64,000 bases of DNA from positions 128,001 to 192,000 of the forward strand of contig CAWBNQ010000003.1 of NCBI GenBank assembly GCA_963790205.1, read 5' to 3'. The DNA comes from Nitrospirota bacterium (lineage in GTDB: Bacteria; Nitrospirota; UBA9217). Each line of letters opens with the position of its first letter. Position 1 is the stretch's first letter. Positions 42,609-54,138 of the stretch are shown in pieces. The position numbers were made by a program, and so were the translations under genes. The notes under the pieces are model-generated. The model worked only from the letters and a program-made list of their open reading frames with translations, did no database searches and was not told where the DNA came from.

Positions 42609-44123
42609 GTGCTAATATACCTTCCCGTGAGTCCTATTCAACCAACGATCATTCCCCGCTCGGAACATGCCGTTTCCCGCAAGTGGATCAGCCCCAACGC
42701 CGTCCGCGTGCTCTACAAGCTTAAAGAAAAAGGCTACTTCTCCTACCTCGTGGGCGGCGGCGTGCGCGACCTGCTGCTCGGCCGGGAGCCCAAGGATTTC
42801 GATATCGCAACGGACGCCACGCCGAACGAGATCAAAAGAATATTCCGCAACTGCCGCCTCATCGGAAAGCGGTTCCGCCTTGCCCACATCCATTTCCATA
42901 ACGAGATCATAGAGGTCGCCACGTTCCGGTCCTCGTCAACAGATGAACCTAATGCGGAGGTTAAGGCTGAGGTTAAGACGGCGGCACCGGAGCTTGTCCC
43001 GCTTTTGCCTGAAGGCGATGCCGCACCTGCCGGGACGCCGGCGGCAGTCGCCGTGGCGAGACCCCGCCCGCCGCGCATGCTCAAGACCGAGGACGGCATG
43101 ATCCTCCGGGACAACGTTTTCGGCACGCCGGAGGAGGACGCTCTCAGGCGCGACTTCACGGTGAACGCGCTCTTTTACAGCATCGCGGATTACTCGGTGA
43201 TCGATTATGTGGGCGGCATGCGGGACCTCCGAAGCGGGCTTATCCGCATCATCGGCGATCCCGTTGTCCGCTTCACCGAGGACCCGGTGCGGATGGTGCG
43301 CGCGGCGCGTTTCGCCGCCGTGCTCGGGTTCGAGATCGAGGAAGGCACGAGCCGCGCCCTTCTCGAACTGAAGGACCGGGTCGCCCTGGCATCGCCCTCC
43401 CGGATGTACGAAGAAGTGCTCAAGCTCTTCCTGCTCGGCGAGGGGGAAAAAACCTATCAGCTGCTCAGAAAGACCGGGCTCTTCGGCGTCATCTTCCCGC
43501 GGTTGAACGAATGGGTCGACACGGAGCGGGAAGGATTTCCGCATATCTGGATCGGCAAGGCGCTTGAGTGGGTGGATGCCTGCGTGCAGGCCGGCAGGCC
43601 GGCGCCGCCGCATATTCTCTTCTCGCTCCTGTTCGGGCAATATATCGAGGAAAAGGCCGCGGAGCTCAAGGCGTCGGGCGCGCCGGCGCTGGACGCCGCG
43701 ACCAGGGCGGTGGCCGGGGTCCTCGCGGAGCAGGCGCAGCGGGTGCAGATACCGAAGAAGATAGGCCTTGCCATGCGCGACATCTACTGGAACCAGCAGC
43801 GGTTCACAAAGCGCGAAGGAAAATATCCCCGCTATTTCCTGCGCAGGCCGGGGTTTGCCGACGCCTGGGAGTATTTTCGCTTCACCAGCGAAGTGACCGG
43901 CGAAAACCAGGAACTCCGCGCCTGGTGGAAGGGGTTCATCAAGGCCAATCCGCTTACTCCGGGCGAGGAAAAAGAGGTCCAAAAGGGCGCTGAAAGAAAA
44001 GCGAGACCCAAGCGGCGCAGGCGGAGACGGGGCGGCAAGAGCGCCCCGGAAGTTCGAGGTCAGGGGAAAAAGGAATTTTCACCACAGGGTGGTGACCGGA
44101 ATAAACCGGAAAACAAAACCTGA
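42609..44123 (+). CDS. pcnB: Poly(A) polymerase I
   Basis: VGGGVRD, KDFDIAT, LIGKRFRLAHI (PAP signature), RRDFTVN, EDPVRM; basic C-terminal tail. Confidence 0.92.
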   Translation: MLIYLPVSPIQPTIIPRSEHAVSRKWISPNAVRVLYKLKEKGYFSYLVGGGVRDLLLGREPKDFDIATDATPNEIKRIFRNCRLIGKRFRLAHIHFHNEIIEVATFRSSSTDEPNAEVKAEVKTAAPELVPLLPEGDAAPAGTPAAVAVARPRPPRMLKTEDGMILRDNVFGTPEEDALRRDFTVNALFYSIADYSVIDYVGGMRDLRSGLIRIIGDPVVRFTEDPVRMVRAARFAAVLGFEIEEGTSRALLELKDRVALASPSRMYEEVLKLFLLGEGEKTYQLLRKTGLFGVIFPRLNEWVDTEREGFPHIWIGKALEWVDACVQAGRPAPPHILFSLLFGQYIEEKAAELKASGAPALDAATRAVAGVLAEQAQRVQIPKKIGLAMRDIYWNQQRFTKREGKYPRYFLRRPGFADAWEYFRFTSEVTGENQELRAWWKGFIKANPLTPGEEKEVQKGAERKARPKRRRRRRGGKSAPEVRGQGKKEFSPQGGDRNKPENKT

Positions 44124-44204
44124 AGCACCTGAGATGTCTTGATCAACCCGTTCTATTTCTTTTGTCTCACCCCCGTGTTCTCTGTGGTTAAAAAGGTATC
44201 AGCT

Positions 44205-44966
44205 ATGCCCAGATTCCCCCGATTTTTCATATCCCCCGAACAGGTGGTCGGCCCGTTGATCACCGTCTCCGGCGAGGACGTGCGCCATATCGGAGCGGTC
44301 CTTCGCATGAAGACAGGCGATGAACTTCTGCTCTGCGACGGTCAGGGGACCGAGTATTCGGTCAAGATCGCCCGCGTCGACCGGTCCGAGATCAAAACAG
44401 AGATTGTTAGCAGGACGCGGCGCGAGCTCGCCTATCCCCGCGTCACCCTCGGCCAGGGGTTGCCCAAGTCGGACAAGATGGACTGGATCGCGCAGAAGGC
44501 CACGGAACTCGGCGTTGCAACGATAACCCCGCTCGTTACGGAACGGACCATCGTCAAGGTCAAGGACGAGGAGAAACGCGTTTCCCGGTGGCAAAAGATC
44601 TGCCGCGAGGCGGCCATGCAGAGCAACAGACCTGATATCCCCTCTGTCGGGCATATCATTGCTTTCAATGATTTTCTCCGAACACCGAACTCTGAACTCC
44701 ACACCCTGAAGCTCCTTCCTTGGGAAGAGGGAACAAAACCCATGAAAGACGTTCTCCGGGGAAGCGAAGGCATCAAACATATTAGCGTTCTTATCGGCCC
44801 CGAGGGAGGATTCTCCCCGGCTGAAGCGGAATTGGCGACGAGCAGGGGGTTCCATCCCGTGAGTCTCGGGCCGAATATTCTCCGCACCGAAACTGCGGCC
44901 GTGGCGGTTTTGAGTATGATCCTCTATGAAACAAGCACCAATGAGCAAATAACAAATATTAAATAA
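44205..44966 (+). CDS. rsmE: 16S rRNA m3U1498 methyltransferase
   Basis: QKATELGV, IGPEGGF, LGPNILRTETA. Confidence 0.95.
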   Translation: MPRFPRFFISPEQVVGPLITVSGEDVRHIGAVLRMKTGDELLLCDGQGTEYSVKIARVDRSEIKTEIVSRTRRELAYPRVTLGQGLPKSDKMDWIAQKATELGVATITPLVTERTIVKVKDEEKRVSRWQKICREAAMQSNRPDIPSVGHIIAFNDFLRTPNSELHTLKLLPWEEGTKPMKDVLRGSEGIKHISVLIGPEGGFSPAEAELATSRGFHPVSLGPNILRTETAAVAVLSMILYETSTNEQITNIK

Positions 44967-45378
44967 GAGATTTAAGATTAAGATCATCTCCAATGCGAGC
45001 GTGCTAAAAGACTTCTCAGGGAGCTCGGGATCCTTTGTTTTTTCTGCACCGCCGCTCACAGCTCCGCGCAGACATGCCAGGATATCTTCTATTTTACGTG
45101 TCAATGCGGCAATCCATGAGCGCTTACGCTACGCACGCGCATGCATAATTTGTGGTTCACCGGGTTTTTTGCCGGGCATGTAAAGCGCGTCCCTGTTCAC
45201 GGGATGCAGGGGCCTCTGGAAAGGCAAAAGATTAAAGCTGTTGCCTTACCCCTGCGCCCAAAAAAATACAGGATCTTGAACATCCAGAAGGGTTTGTAAA
45301 TTGTATCCCCCGGTATTTTCCTTGACACTAAAATAGGTGAGATGTTAATATCAACGTCTACGAAAGGCAGGCTTTCCC

Positions 45379-45831
45379 GTGAAACTGGCAATCGGCTGCG
45401 ACCACGGCGGTTTTGAACTGAAGGAAGAAATCCTCAAATTCCTCAAGACCATCGCGAATATTCAGGTTTCCGACTTCGGGCCCGCGGGCAAGGACTCCGT
45501 TGACTATCCGGACTTCGGCGCGAAGGTTTCCGAGGCCGTGTCGAAAGGCGCCATGGACCGCGGCATCCTCATCTGCGGCACGGGCATCGGCATGTCGATC
45601 GTGGCCAACCGCTACCCCGGGGTGCGCGCCGCGCTCTGCCACGACCATTTCACTGCGCAGATGAGCCGGGAACACAACGACGCCAACGTCCTCGTCATGG
45701 GCGAACGGGTCATCGGCAAGGGCGTTGCGCTGGAGATCGTGAAGACCTGGCTCGATACGGAATTTGCGGGCGGCCGGCACCAAAAACGACTCGACAAGAT
45801 ACGGGAAATTGAAAAATCGATAAAGGGATAA
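45379..45831 (+). CDS. rpiB: Ribose-5-phosphate isomerase B
   Basis: GCDHGG, DYPD, CGTGIG, HNDAN, GGRH. Confidence 0.95.
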   Translation: MKLAIGCDHGGFELKEEILKFLKTIANIQVSDFGPAGKDSVDYPDFGAKVSEAVSKGAMDRGILICGTGIGMSIVANRYPGVRAALCHDHFTAQMSREHNDANVLVMGERVIGKGVALEIVKTWLDTEFAGGRHQKRLDKIREIEKSIKG

Positions 45832-45835
45832 CACC

Positions 45836-47089
45836 ATGTCAGAACTGAACCAGCAGGACCCGGAAGTCTATAACGCGATCAAAGGCGAGGAGGAGCGCGA
45901 ACTCTCCAAGATCGTCCTTATTGCGTCGGAAAACTACGTGAGCCAGGCAGTGCTCGAAGCGCAGGGCTCGGTGTTCACGAACAAGTATGCGGAAGGATAT
46001 CCCAACCGCCGCTACTACGGCGGGTGCGAGTTCGCCGATCAAGTGGAGACCCTGGCGATCGAGCGCGCGAAACAGCTCTTCGGCGCCGATCACGTGAACG
46101 TCCAGCCCCACTCGGGCTCTTCCGCGAACATGGCCGTCTACTTCAGCGTGCTCCAGCCGGGAGACACCATCCTCGGCATGGGGCTCCCGCACGGCGGGCA
46201 CCTGACCCATGGGGCCAGCGTCAGCTTCTCGGGCCAGCTCTACAAGTCGTTTTCCTACGGCGTTGACAAGAAAACCGAACTCCTCGATTACGACGAAGTG
46301 GAGCGGCTCGCCGTCGAACACAAGCCCAGGATGATCGTATGCGGCTACAGCGCCTACTCCCGCGTCCTCGATTTCGCCCGGTTCCGCAAGATCTCGGACA
46401 AGGTCGGGGCATACCTCATGGCCGACATCGCGCACATCGCGGGTCTCGTCGCAGCGGGCGAGCACCCGAGCCCGGTGCCGTACGCCGACTTCGTGACCAC
46501 GACCACCCACAAGACCCTGCGCGGACCGCGCGGCGGCATGATCATGTGCAGGGAGAAGTTCGGCAAGGCCGTGGACAAGGTCATCTTCCCCGGCATCCAG
46601 GGCGGACCGCTCGTGCACGTGATCGCGGCCAAGGCCGTATCGTTCAAGGAAGCGCTCCAGCCGGAGTTCAAGGACTACCAGCGCCAGGTCAAGAAGAACG
46701 CCCAGGCCCTGGCCAGGCGTCTCACCGAGGACGGGTTCCGGATCGTCTCGGGCACCACGGAAAACCATCTCATGCTCGTGGACCTGACCCCCAAGAATAT
46801 TACCGGCAAGGACGCCGAGACGGCGCTCGACGCCGCGGGCATCACGGTGAACAAGAACAGCATTCCCTACGACCAGAAACCGCCGGTCACCACGAGCGGG
46901 ATCCGCCTCGGCACGCCGATCGTGACCACGCGCGGCATGCGCGAGCCCGAGATGAAGGTCGTCGGCGACTTGATCTGCGAGACGCTGGCCAACGGCCATT
47001 CCCCGGAAAAGCTTGCTGCTCTCAGGGAGCGGACCAAGGCCTTCTGCAGCAAGTTCCCGCTGTTCGCGATGGAAAAAGCAAACGTATAG
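45836..47089 (+). CDS. glyA: Serine hydroxymethyltransferase
   Basis: [28 protein letters not shown]. Confidence 0.97.
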   Translation: MSELNQQDPEVYNAIKGEEERELSKIVLIASENYVSQAVLEAQGSVFTNKYAEGYPNRRYYGGCEFADQVETLAIERAKQLFGADHVNVQPHSGSSANMAVYFSVLQPGDTILGMGLPHGGHLTHGASVSFSGQLYKSFSYGVDKKTELLDYDEVERLAVEHKPRMIVCGYSAYSRVLDFARFRKISDKVGAYLMADIAHIAGLVAAGEHPSPVPYADFVTTTTHKTLRGPRGGMIMCREKFGKAVDKVIFPGIQGGPLVHVIAAKAVSFKEALQPEFKDYQRQVKKNAQALARRLTEDGFRIVSGTTENHLMLVDLTPKNITGKDAETALDAAGITVNKNSIPYDQKPPVTTSGIRLGTPIVTTRGMREPEMKVVGDLICETLANGHSPEKLAALRERTKAFCSKFPLFAMEKANV

Positions 47090-47189
47090 TATTGCCACAG
47101 AGTCACCGAGAGCATAGAGAAGAGCATACGGTTAAAAAAGATTCCTCTATGTCTCAGAGCCTCCGTGGCTGCTTTTAATTTTAAACGAC

Positions 47190-47645
47190 ATGACTAAACA
47201 CACCCGCCCCTCGTGGGACGAATATTTTATGGAGATCGCGCACCTCGTGAAGAGGCGCGCCACGTGCCTCCGCCGGCAGGTCGGGGCCGTCCTCGTCAAG
47301 GACAGGAACATCCTCGCCACGGGCTACAACGGAGCGCCGTCCGGTATCGAGCACTGCCTCGAGCGGGGCTGCCTGCGCGAACAGCTCGGCATCCCCTCGG
47401 GCGAGCGGCACGAGATCTGCCGGGGCCTGCACGCCGAGCAGAACGCGATCATCCAGGCAGCCAAGCACGGCACCGGCATCGAGGGCTCCACGCTCTACTG
47501 CACGAACCAGCCCTGCGGCATCTGCGCCAAGATGATCATCAACGCGGGCGTGAAGCACATCATCTACGAGGACGGCTACCCGGACCAGCTGGCCGCGGAA
47601 ATGCTGAACGAGTCCGGCATCAAGATAACGCACTATAAGAAATGA
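47190..47645 (+). CDS. dCMP deaminase (ComEB-like)
   Basis: [20 protein letters not shown]. Confidence 0.92.
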   Translation: MTKHTRPSWDEYFMEIAHLVKRRATCLRRQVGAVLVKDRNILATGYNGAPSGIEHCLERGCLREQLGIPSGERHEICRGLHAEQNAIIQAAKHGTGIEGSTLYCTNQPCGICAKMIINAGVKHIIYEDGYPDQLAAEMLNESGIKITHYKK

Positions 47646-47731
47646 AGGTGGGAGATTGGGAAGATGGGAAGTTGTGAAGGGGAAACCCATCTTCTCAGCT
47701 TCTTAAGTTCCCAGCTTCCCACGGTAAAACC

Positions 47732-48214
47732 ATGCGCTGCCCCTACTGCTCCAGCCTCGACAATAAAGTGGTGGATTCCCGGATCGGCAAGGAAGGCGAT
47801 TCCATCCGGCGCCGCCGGGAGTGTCTCAAGTGCGAAGGGCGGTTCACCACGTACGAACGCGTCGAGGAAGTGCTCCCTTCGGTCATCAAGAAGGACGGCA
47901 GGCGCGAGCCCTACGACCGGATGAAGATCCTGAACGGGCTGAAAAAAGCCTGCGAGAAGCGGCCCGTCAGCGTCGAGGCGCTGGAAAAGACCGTGGCCGA
48001 TATCGAGAAGTCCCTCCAGGATAAGGGCTTCAAGGAGATCCCGAGCACGGCGATCGGGGAAGAGGTCATGGGGCACCTCCACAAGCTCGATGAAGTCGCC
48101 TATGTCCGCTTCGCCTCGGTCTACCGCTCGTTCAAGGACATCAACGAGTTCATGAAAGAGCTCAAGGACATCCTGAGCAGCAAGGAAATGAAAGAATTAA
48201 AAGACTCGACGTAA
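47732..48214 (+). CDS. nrdR: Transcriptional repressor NrdR
   Basis: MRCPYC, RRRREC, ATP cone, AYVRFASVY. Confidence 0.97.
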   Translation: MRCPYCSSLDNKVVDSRIGKEGDSIRRRRECLKCEGRFTTYERVEEVLPSVIKKDGRREPYDRMKILNGLKKACEKRPVSVEALEKTVADIEKSLQDKGFKEIPSTAIGEEVMGHLHKLDEVAYVRFASVYRSFKDINEFMKELKDILSSKEMKELKDST

Positions 48215-48337
48215 AGATTCACGATGCAGGATGCAGGACGCATGACGATCCGGCAATTCAGTAAGAGGCGTCCGTCTTAGGTTTTTTATCGTGTATCGTG
48301 TATCCTGAATCGTTCCCCCATCTTTCCTCTAATCCTC

Positions 48338-50512
48338 ATGCATAGCCTCGTCGCAGACATAGCCGTCGGCATATCCGTCCATAAAACTTTTCACTACCGT
48401 GTCCCTGAAGAGCTGCAGGGTCTTCTCGTGCCCGGCTCGCGGGTACTCGTGCCCTTCGGGAGCAGGAAGGTCGCGGGAACGGTGCTTGGGTTTCCCGAAA
48501 CGGCCGAGGTCCCGGGCCTCAAGACCATTGCCGAAGTTCTCGACAACCCTCTTCCCGCCGAACTTCTCGAACTGGCCCGCTGGATGGCGGATTATTACAT
48601 GCATCCCCTCGGCCAGACCATTGAAGCCGTCGTTCCCAGGGCGGTCTCCCGCGCAAAGCCAAAAAAGAAAAAGTATCTGCAGCTTGCCTTGGGGGACCAC
48701 GACCTCGATTCTATCCGCGGGCCGAAGCAGAAGGAACTCATCTTGCTCCTGTGCGATCACCAGGTCATGAGCATCGAGGACCTTGGGAAATTTTCTTCGG
48801 GCACCATCAAGTCGCTCTGCGACGCGGGTATGGCGCATATCGTCGAAAAGGAAGCCGAAGGAAAACCGGCGCAAAAGGGATTTATTCCGAGCGATCCCCC
48901 GGGCCTCATGCCGGAGCAGACCGAGGCCGTGCGCCGGATCAGCGAGACCGTTTCAAACGGGAGCTTCGGAGTGTTTCTCCTGCACGGGGTGACCGGCAGC
49001 GGAAAGACGGAAGTGTATCTCCATGCCATCAAAGAGCTTTCGCGTGCGGGGAAAGGCTCCATTGTGCTCGCGCCCGAGATAGCGCTCACGCCGCAGCTTT
49101 TGTCGCGGTTCCGGCTGCGCTTCGGCGAGCGCGTGGCCGTTCTGCACAGCGGGCTCACGGACCGCGAGCGGGCGGACGAGTATCGCCGCATCCAGACGGG
49201 ACAGGTGGACGTGGCCGTGGGCGCGCGGTCGGCCGTGTTCGCGCCCTTTAAAGACCTCGGGCTCATCATCGTGGACGAAGAGCACGAGAATTCCTATAAG
49301 CAGGACGAGGGCCTCCGCTACCACGCGCGGGACGTCGCGATCATGCGCGCGAAGTTCCAGAATGCCGTCGCCGTGCTCGGCTCGGCCACGCCGTCGCTCG
49401 AAAGCTATTACAACGCGAAGAACGGCAAGTATGAGTACCTCCGGCTCGCGGTCCGTGTGGACCACCGTCCCATGCCCGAGGTCGAGATCATCGACGTGAA
49501 GGCGCTCCCCAAGCAGGAGCTGTATTCGCCCCGGCTCCTTTCGGACATCAGGCTGCGGCTTGAGAAGAAGGAGCAGACGCTGCTGCTCCTGAACCGCAGG
49601 GGCTTTTCGTCGGTCCTGATCTGCCGCGAATGCGGCGCGGCGATCAAATGCCCGAGCTGCAGCGTGTCCCTCACCTATCACAAGTCGGAACAAAAACTCA
49701 AGTGCCACTACTGCGGATTTCTCACTCAGCCTCCTGATAAATGTCCGGCCTGCAACGGCATCGAGCTTGCCTTGATCGGTTCAGGCACGCAGAAGATCGA
49801 AGAAGAACTGCAAGCGCTTTTTCCCGCTGCACGGCTTAAGAGAATGGACAGCGACGCGGTGAAGGGCAGAGACGCTTATGACAAGCTGCTGCAGCAGGTC
49901 GACCGTCTGGAAGTGGATATCCTGCTCGGGACCCAGATGATCGCCAAGGGGCACGATTTCCCGGCGGTGACCCTCGTGGGCGTTGTTGACGCCGACGTGG
50001 GACTGAACCTGCCGGACTTCCGGTCCGCTGAAAAGACGTTCCAGCTCATCACCCAGGCCGCGGGCAGAGCGGGAAGGGGAGAGGCCGCGGGCGAGGTCAT
50101 CATTCAGACCATGAACCCGAACCACTACTCGATCCAGCACAGCAGGACCCACGACTACGAGGGATTCTATAACGAAGAGCTCGTGTTCCGCACGGAACTC
50201 GGCTATCCCCCCATCGGGCGTATCATCAAGCTTGAATTCAAAAGCGCGCGTGAGTCTCTTGCAGCGGAAGCGGCAAAGACTGCGCAGAACCGCATCCGAA
50301 ATCTCATGCGCGGAAAAGACACGATGCTCCTGGGGCCAGCTCCCGCCCCGATCTCGCGTTTGCGGGGCCAGTACCGTTTTCAACTGCTGTTACTTTCTCA
50401 GAAACGGGAGGCGATCAGACGGCTTGCAGTCGAAGGGAGGAATGTTGTGGAAGAGAAGTACGGCAGGAAGTGCAAAGTCATTATCGATGTCGACCCGGTA
50501 GACTTAATGTGA
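48338..50512 (+). CDS. priA: Primosomal protein N'
   Basis: GVTGSGKTEVY, DEEH, Cys-rich Zn region, QAAGRAGR. Confidence 0.96.
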   Translation: MHSLVADIAVGISVHKTFHYRVPEELQGLLVPGSRVLVPFGSRKVAGTVLGFPETAEVPGLKTIAEVLDNPLPAELLELARWMADYYMHPLGQTIEAVVPRAVSRAKPKKKKYLQLALGDHDLDSIRGPKQKELILLLCDHQVMSIEDLGKFSSGTIKSLCDAGMAHIVEKEAEGKPAQKGFIPSDPPGLMPEQTEAVRRISETVSNGSFGVFLLHGVTGSGKTEVYLHAIKELSRAGKGSIVLAPEIALTPQLLSRFRLRFGERVAVLHSGLTDRERADEYRRIQTGQVDVAVGARSAVFAPFKDLGLIIVDEEHENSYKQDEGLRYHARDVAIMRAKFQNAVAVLGSATPSLESYYNAKNGKYEYLRLAVRVDHRPMPEVEIIDVKALPKQELYSPRLLSDIRLRLEKKEQTLLLLNRRGFSSVLICRECGAAIKCPSCSVSLTYHKSEQKLKCHYCGFLTQPPDKCPACNGIELALIGSGTQKIEEELQALFPAARLKRMDSDAVKGRDAYDKLLQQVDRLEVDILLGTQMIAKGHDFPAVTLVGVVDADVGLNLPDFRSAEKTFQLITQAAGRAGRGEAAGEVIIQTMNPNHYSIQHSRTHDYEGFYNEELVFRTELGYPPIGRIIKLEFKSARESLAAEAAKTAQNRIRNLMRGKDTMLLGPAPAPISRLRGQYRFQLLLLSQKREAIRRLAVEGRNVVEEKYGRKCKVIIDVDPVDLM

Positions 50513-50885
50513 TGGAATCGTCTCGCAGCGTTGCAAAGAATGCAGTGAATTTATTTTGATTACTTCTCGCCCGGACACACCGAACCAAAACGATTTGGCC
50601 GCAAAGATGCGCAAGATTCGCAAAAAAACAGACACTACTCTTATGCTTTTTGCCTGCACCCAGTGTTTACGAGTGCGTATGCGCGAGTGCAGGGCGCGCA
50701 TTTTTGCGGCAAATTTCTTTTTGTTTTGAGAAGAATTTTATTCCTTAAGTTACTAACTCCGAGCTCTGAACATTGAACTCTGAACTTTTGTTATAGGTCA
50801 TCCGCACTCCCAACTCCTAACTGTTGTTCACGCGTCTCCCGCCTGACTTCCTACGAGAAAAAGCTTCTTGGGCGAAAATAAGCGC

Positions 50886-50914
50886 TTGAAACCACCGGGA
50901 TATCTCAGTATAAT
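50886..50914 (+). promoter_or_regulatory. Sigma70-type promoter of hicBA
   Basis: TTGAAA-17 bp-TATAAT. Confidence 0.65.
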
Positions 50915-50955
50915 AATTTTATAGGCTGTGGCTGAAAAAACGGGAGGGAAACTGC

Positions 50956-51156
50956 ATGAAACTGCACGTCAACATAGAAATCGATGAGTCGGGCTACTAT
51001 GTGGCGGAGGTTCCCGCATTGCCGGGGTGCCTTTCACAAGGGAAAACGCATGACGAGGCGCTCGCAAACATCAAGGAAGCCATCGAGGGATGGTTTGAGG
51101 TCATGGAAGCGAAGGTTGTCCCGCCGCCTTCTCATCTCATAGAAGTAACCGTTTGA
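50956..51156 (+). CDS. hicB: HicB-family antitoxin (short, no DNA-binding domain)
   Basis: VPALPGCLSQGKT.DEA..NIKEAI. Confidence 0.92.
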   Translation: MKLHVNIEIDESGYYVAEVPALPGCLSQGKTHDEALANIKEAIEGWFEVMEAKVVPPPSHLIEVTV

Positions 51157-51377
51157 TGGGAAGCGATCTGAAACTGGTTTCCGGCTTGGAGGCTGTAAAA
51201 AAGTTCCAACGAGCCGGGTGGACTGTCATGAGGCAGAAAGGCTCGCACGTCATGCTGACAAAGCCTGGATACCAGTGGACGCTTTCTATTCCACAACATG
51301 AGGAACTTGGTCCAGGGCTGCTGCGAAAGCTTCTCAAACAAGCCGAAATATCGGTAGAAGAATTTAACAAATTGTAG
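51156..51377 (+). CDS. hicA: HicA-family toxin
   Basis: RQKGSH, IPQH.EL..GLLRKLL. Confidence 0.92.
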   Translation: MGSDLKLVSGLEAVKKFQRAGWTVMRQKGSHVMLTKPGYQWTLSIPQHEELGPGLLRKLLKQAEISVEEFNKL

Positions 51378-51527
51378 AGTTCTTGTTCCCCTCGCAAGCC
51401 GCGAAGCTCCTTCCTCCCCGAACCCCGAACTTTGACTGCCGTAAACATCCTGATTCTGAATCATGCATCCTGCAGTTCCATTCCGCAATCCGAAATTTGC
51501 AATCCGCAATTAAAAAGCTACTAACTC

Positions 51528-52394
51528 CTAACTCCCAACTACGGCCGCAGCCTGAAGCCGGCCGTGTTCCGTTACGCGGTCGTACTCTTTATTGTTTTTC
51601 TTCTCTTCCTCCAGAACTGCTTGCGCCAGCGCGTCTGCCCTCAGCTTCAGCTCTCCACAGGTCGGATACGCGGGGAGCAGCAGGTAAAGATTATCGTATA
51701 TATCCTGGCTTGCCTTTCTGTCTATTTCTTCATGTCCTTTTTCATGGTCCTCCAGGGCAACAAGGCCCCTGTTCCAATCGTCCGCCAGCTTCTGATCGCT
51801 GCTCATGTCCTTCCATCGGGGATACGTGAAGGTTATCACGGTATCGATCCTCACGCGATCTATGGCACACACGCCGTTATGCTGCTTGAAACCGATGTTC
51901 CAGCGATACACGGCGTGCGTAAGGCCCGCGTAGCCCTCGGGGCCGAGGCCGGCTATCTGGGAGCGGAGCTCTTCTTCGGTCGAACCGGTGATATCGTAAT
52001 ATTTCGTGTCCGTGCTTATAAAAACGCCGGGTTCGCTGATCGGCGTGGAGCCGGTCGTGCCGGAATAGAGAACGTCGATGGTCCCCGGAATGCCGCTGCT
52101 CCCGGAGGCAATAGCGGAGACGATGGCAGCGACGAGAGCAAAAAAGCAGATGATCGGGAGCGAGCTTATTGAAAGGCCGATAAGAGCGCGTTTCCTCGGC
52201 TTATCCCTGAAGGTCGCAACGATGCTGAAGGGAAAGGAAACGAGCGTGCCTGCCAGTGCGATATTTTCTATGAATGATTTCAGGAAGCTTCCGCAGGGCG
52301 GGTTGATCACGAACCACGCGATAAGCGCGAGAAGGGGAACGAGCGCAAGCCGGATGCTGATCGTTCCCAGTCGTGTTCGGGGCTGTTCGTCCAT
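51528..52394 (-). CDS. Membrane-anchored DUF922-like Zn-dependent protease
   Basis: Three N-terminal TM segments; YYDITG, TYPRW, HEKGH, YDRVTEHG. Confidence 0.8.
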   Translation of the reverse strand: MDEQPRTRLGTISIRLALVPLLALIAWFVINPPCGSFLKSFIENIALAGTLVSFPFSIVATFRDKPRKRALIGLSISSLPIICFFALVAAIVSAIASGSSGIPGTIDVLYSGTTGSTPISEPGVFISTDTKYYDITGSTEEELRSQIAGLGPEGYAGLTHAVYRWNIGFKQHNGVCAIDRVRIDTVITFTYPRWKDMSSDQKLADDWNRGLVALEDHEKGHEEIDRKASQDIYDNLYLLLPAYPTCGELKLRADALAQAVLEEEKKNNKEYDRVTEHGRLQAAAVVGS

Positions 52395-52537
52395 TGGTCT
52401 GATTATAGAAGAAGAACGACAATGATGCAATCGATAATCTTCCCGGGGAGGTCTCTTCTTGTTTGACTCTGGGGCAGATCGGAAAGGCCTTCAAGGTCGC
52501 GTGAACACTGGTTACAAGAGGAAATGTTAAGATACAA

Positions 52538-54138
52538 CGGGCTGTTGCCCAAATGATATTGAGAAAGCCACTCAGTAATGCTATATTGCTGCGACGTCAA
52601 TCACGACATCAGGAGCCAATAGCCATGATGGGATTGCAGCAACCGCCTCAAAGCAGCTTGTTCTATATCGGCATCAATATAGAAAAACGGGTTCGTGAGA
52701 ACCATCCTTTGAGAAAAGTCAATACGCTGATCGATTTCAACTTCGCCTATGACGAAGTCAAGGACTTGTACGGCAACAACGGCAACGTTTCAGTGCCACC
52801 ACCAATTATCCTGAAACTGATGCTACTCCTGATCTTTTATAATGTCCGCTCGGAGCGGGAGCTGATGGACACCCTGCCAGAGCGTATGGATTGGCTCTGG
52901 TTTCTCGGGTATGACCTTGATTCTGAAATTCCCAACCATAGCGTGCTATCCAAGGCCCGCAAAAAATGGGGCCTCGATGTTTTTCAAAGGTTCTTCGAAC
53001 GTATTGTTCTGCAGTGCGCGGAAGCCGGTCTTATTGACGGCCGCAAGATCTTCGTCGACTCCAGTCTGGTGGATGCAAATGCCTCCAACAGTTCGGTTCT
53101 CGATACCCGGAACCTGAAACATCAGTTGCACAAAAATTATAAAAAGCTGGAAGCCCGCTTGGAAGAACGCACCGAAAGCACTGATCCTTCCAGGACCTAC
53201 GAAAAAAAGAACAACCGCTATATCTCCACCACCGACCCGGACGCGGCCCTGGTGAACCGGGGGAAATCCAAACTTTCCTACCAAGTGCATCGGGCCGTTG
53301 ACGGTAAAAAAGAAATCATCACTGCAACCGACGTAGCGCCCGGCGATGTGAACGAAGCCCATCTGATGCTTTCGCTGCTTGAGCAACACCACGCAACAAC
53401 GGAAGTCGAGGCCGAAACGGTTGTTGCGGACAGTAAGTACGGAACGATCGACAACTTCCTTGCCTGCCATGACAAGGGCATAAAGGCGCATATCCCGGAT
53501 TTACGAGACGTGGCGATCAATCGCATAGCGAAAACCGACATCTTTATGGAAGATAGATTTTCCTATGATCCTGCCACCGACTCCTATATGTGCCCGGCAG
53601 GAACTCAGCTCAAGCCGAAGTCGCTGCATATAGCCAGACAAAGCCGGGATTACGCAGCGCCCAGGAAAGTCTGCGCAGCGTGCCAGCTTAGAGAGCAATG
53701 CACGAAAAACAAGTCCGGCCGAACGATCAAGCGTCATCTCCGGCAGAATGTTCTGGAGCGCATGCGTGCAATCAGTCGATCAGCCAATGCACGGTACGAC
53801 ATCAAAACCAGACAACACCTGATGGAGCGATCCTTTGCCAGGGGCACCCGATACGGCTTCGATCAAGCACGCTGGCGAGGCCTTTGGCGAATGCGGGTCC
53901 AGGAATATATGACCTGTGCCATCCAGAACATGCAAGTGCTAATAGCGCATGCTTCCAAGCCGAAGAAAGCAGCTGCGGTACGGCTGCTCGTTGTTCAAAG
54001 AACAGTGGCAAAGGCTTTCGGATCGCTCATTTTGCATATTCCCTTGAGACAGAACCGATATTGCCCGTCATTAGCTTAGACCTCTTTACGCATCAAGGCG
54101 CTTGATCGTTCGCGGGAAGTCCTTTGGGCAACAGCCCG
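52538..54138 (+). mobile_element. IS1182-family insertion sequence
   Basis: 16-bp TIR CGGGCTGTTGCCCAAA at both ends; 4-bp ACAA target duplication. Confidence 0.88.
52625..54079 (+). CDS. IS1182-family DDE transposase
   Basis: DUF772-like N-terminus (NHPLRK, SEREL), STTDPDA, ADSKYG, YMCPAG, MERSFA. Confidence 0.9.
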   Translation: MMGLQQPPQSSLFYIGINIEKRVRENHPLRKVNTLIDFNFAYDEVKDLYGNNGNVSVPPPIILKLMLLLIFYNVRSERELMDTLPERMDWLWFLGYDLDSEIPNHSVLSKARKKWGLDVFQRFFERIVLQCAEAGLIDGRKIFVDSSLVDANASNSSVLDTRNLKHQLHKNYKKLEARLEERTESTDPSRTYEKKNNRYISTTDPDAALVNRGKSKLSYQVHRAVDGKKEIITATDVAPGDVNEAHLMLSLLEQHHATTEVEAETVVADSKYGTIDNFLACHDKGIKAHIPDLRDVAINRIAKTDIFMEDRFSYDPATDSYMCPAGTQLKPKSLHIARQSRDYAAPRKVCAACQLREQCTKNKSGRTIKRHLRQNVLERMRAISRSANARYDIKTRQHLMERSFARGTRYGFDQARWRGLWRMRVQEYMTCAIQNMQVLIAHASKPKKAAAVRLLVVQRTVAKAFGSLILHIPLRQNRYCPSLA

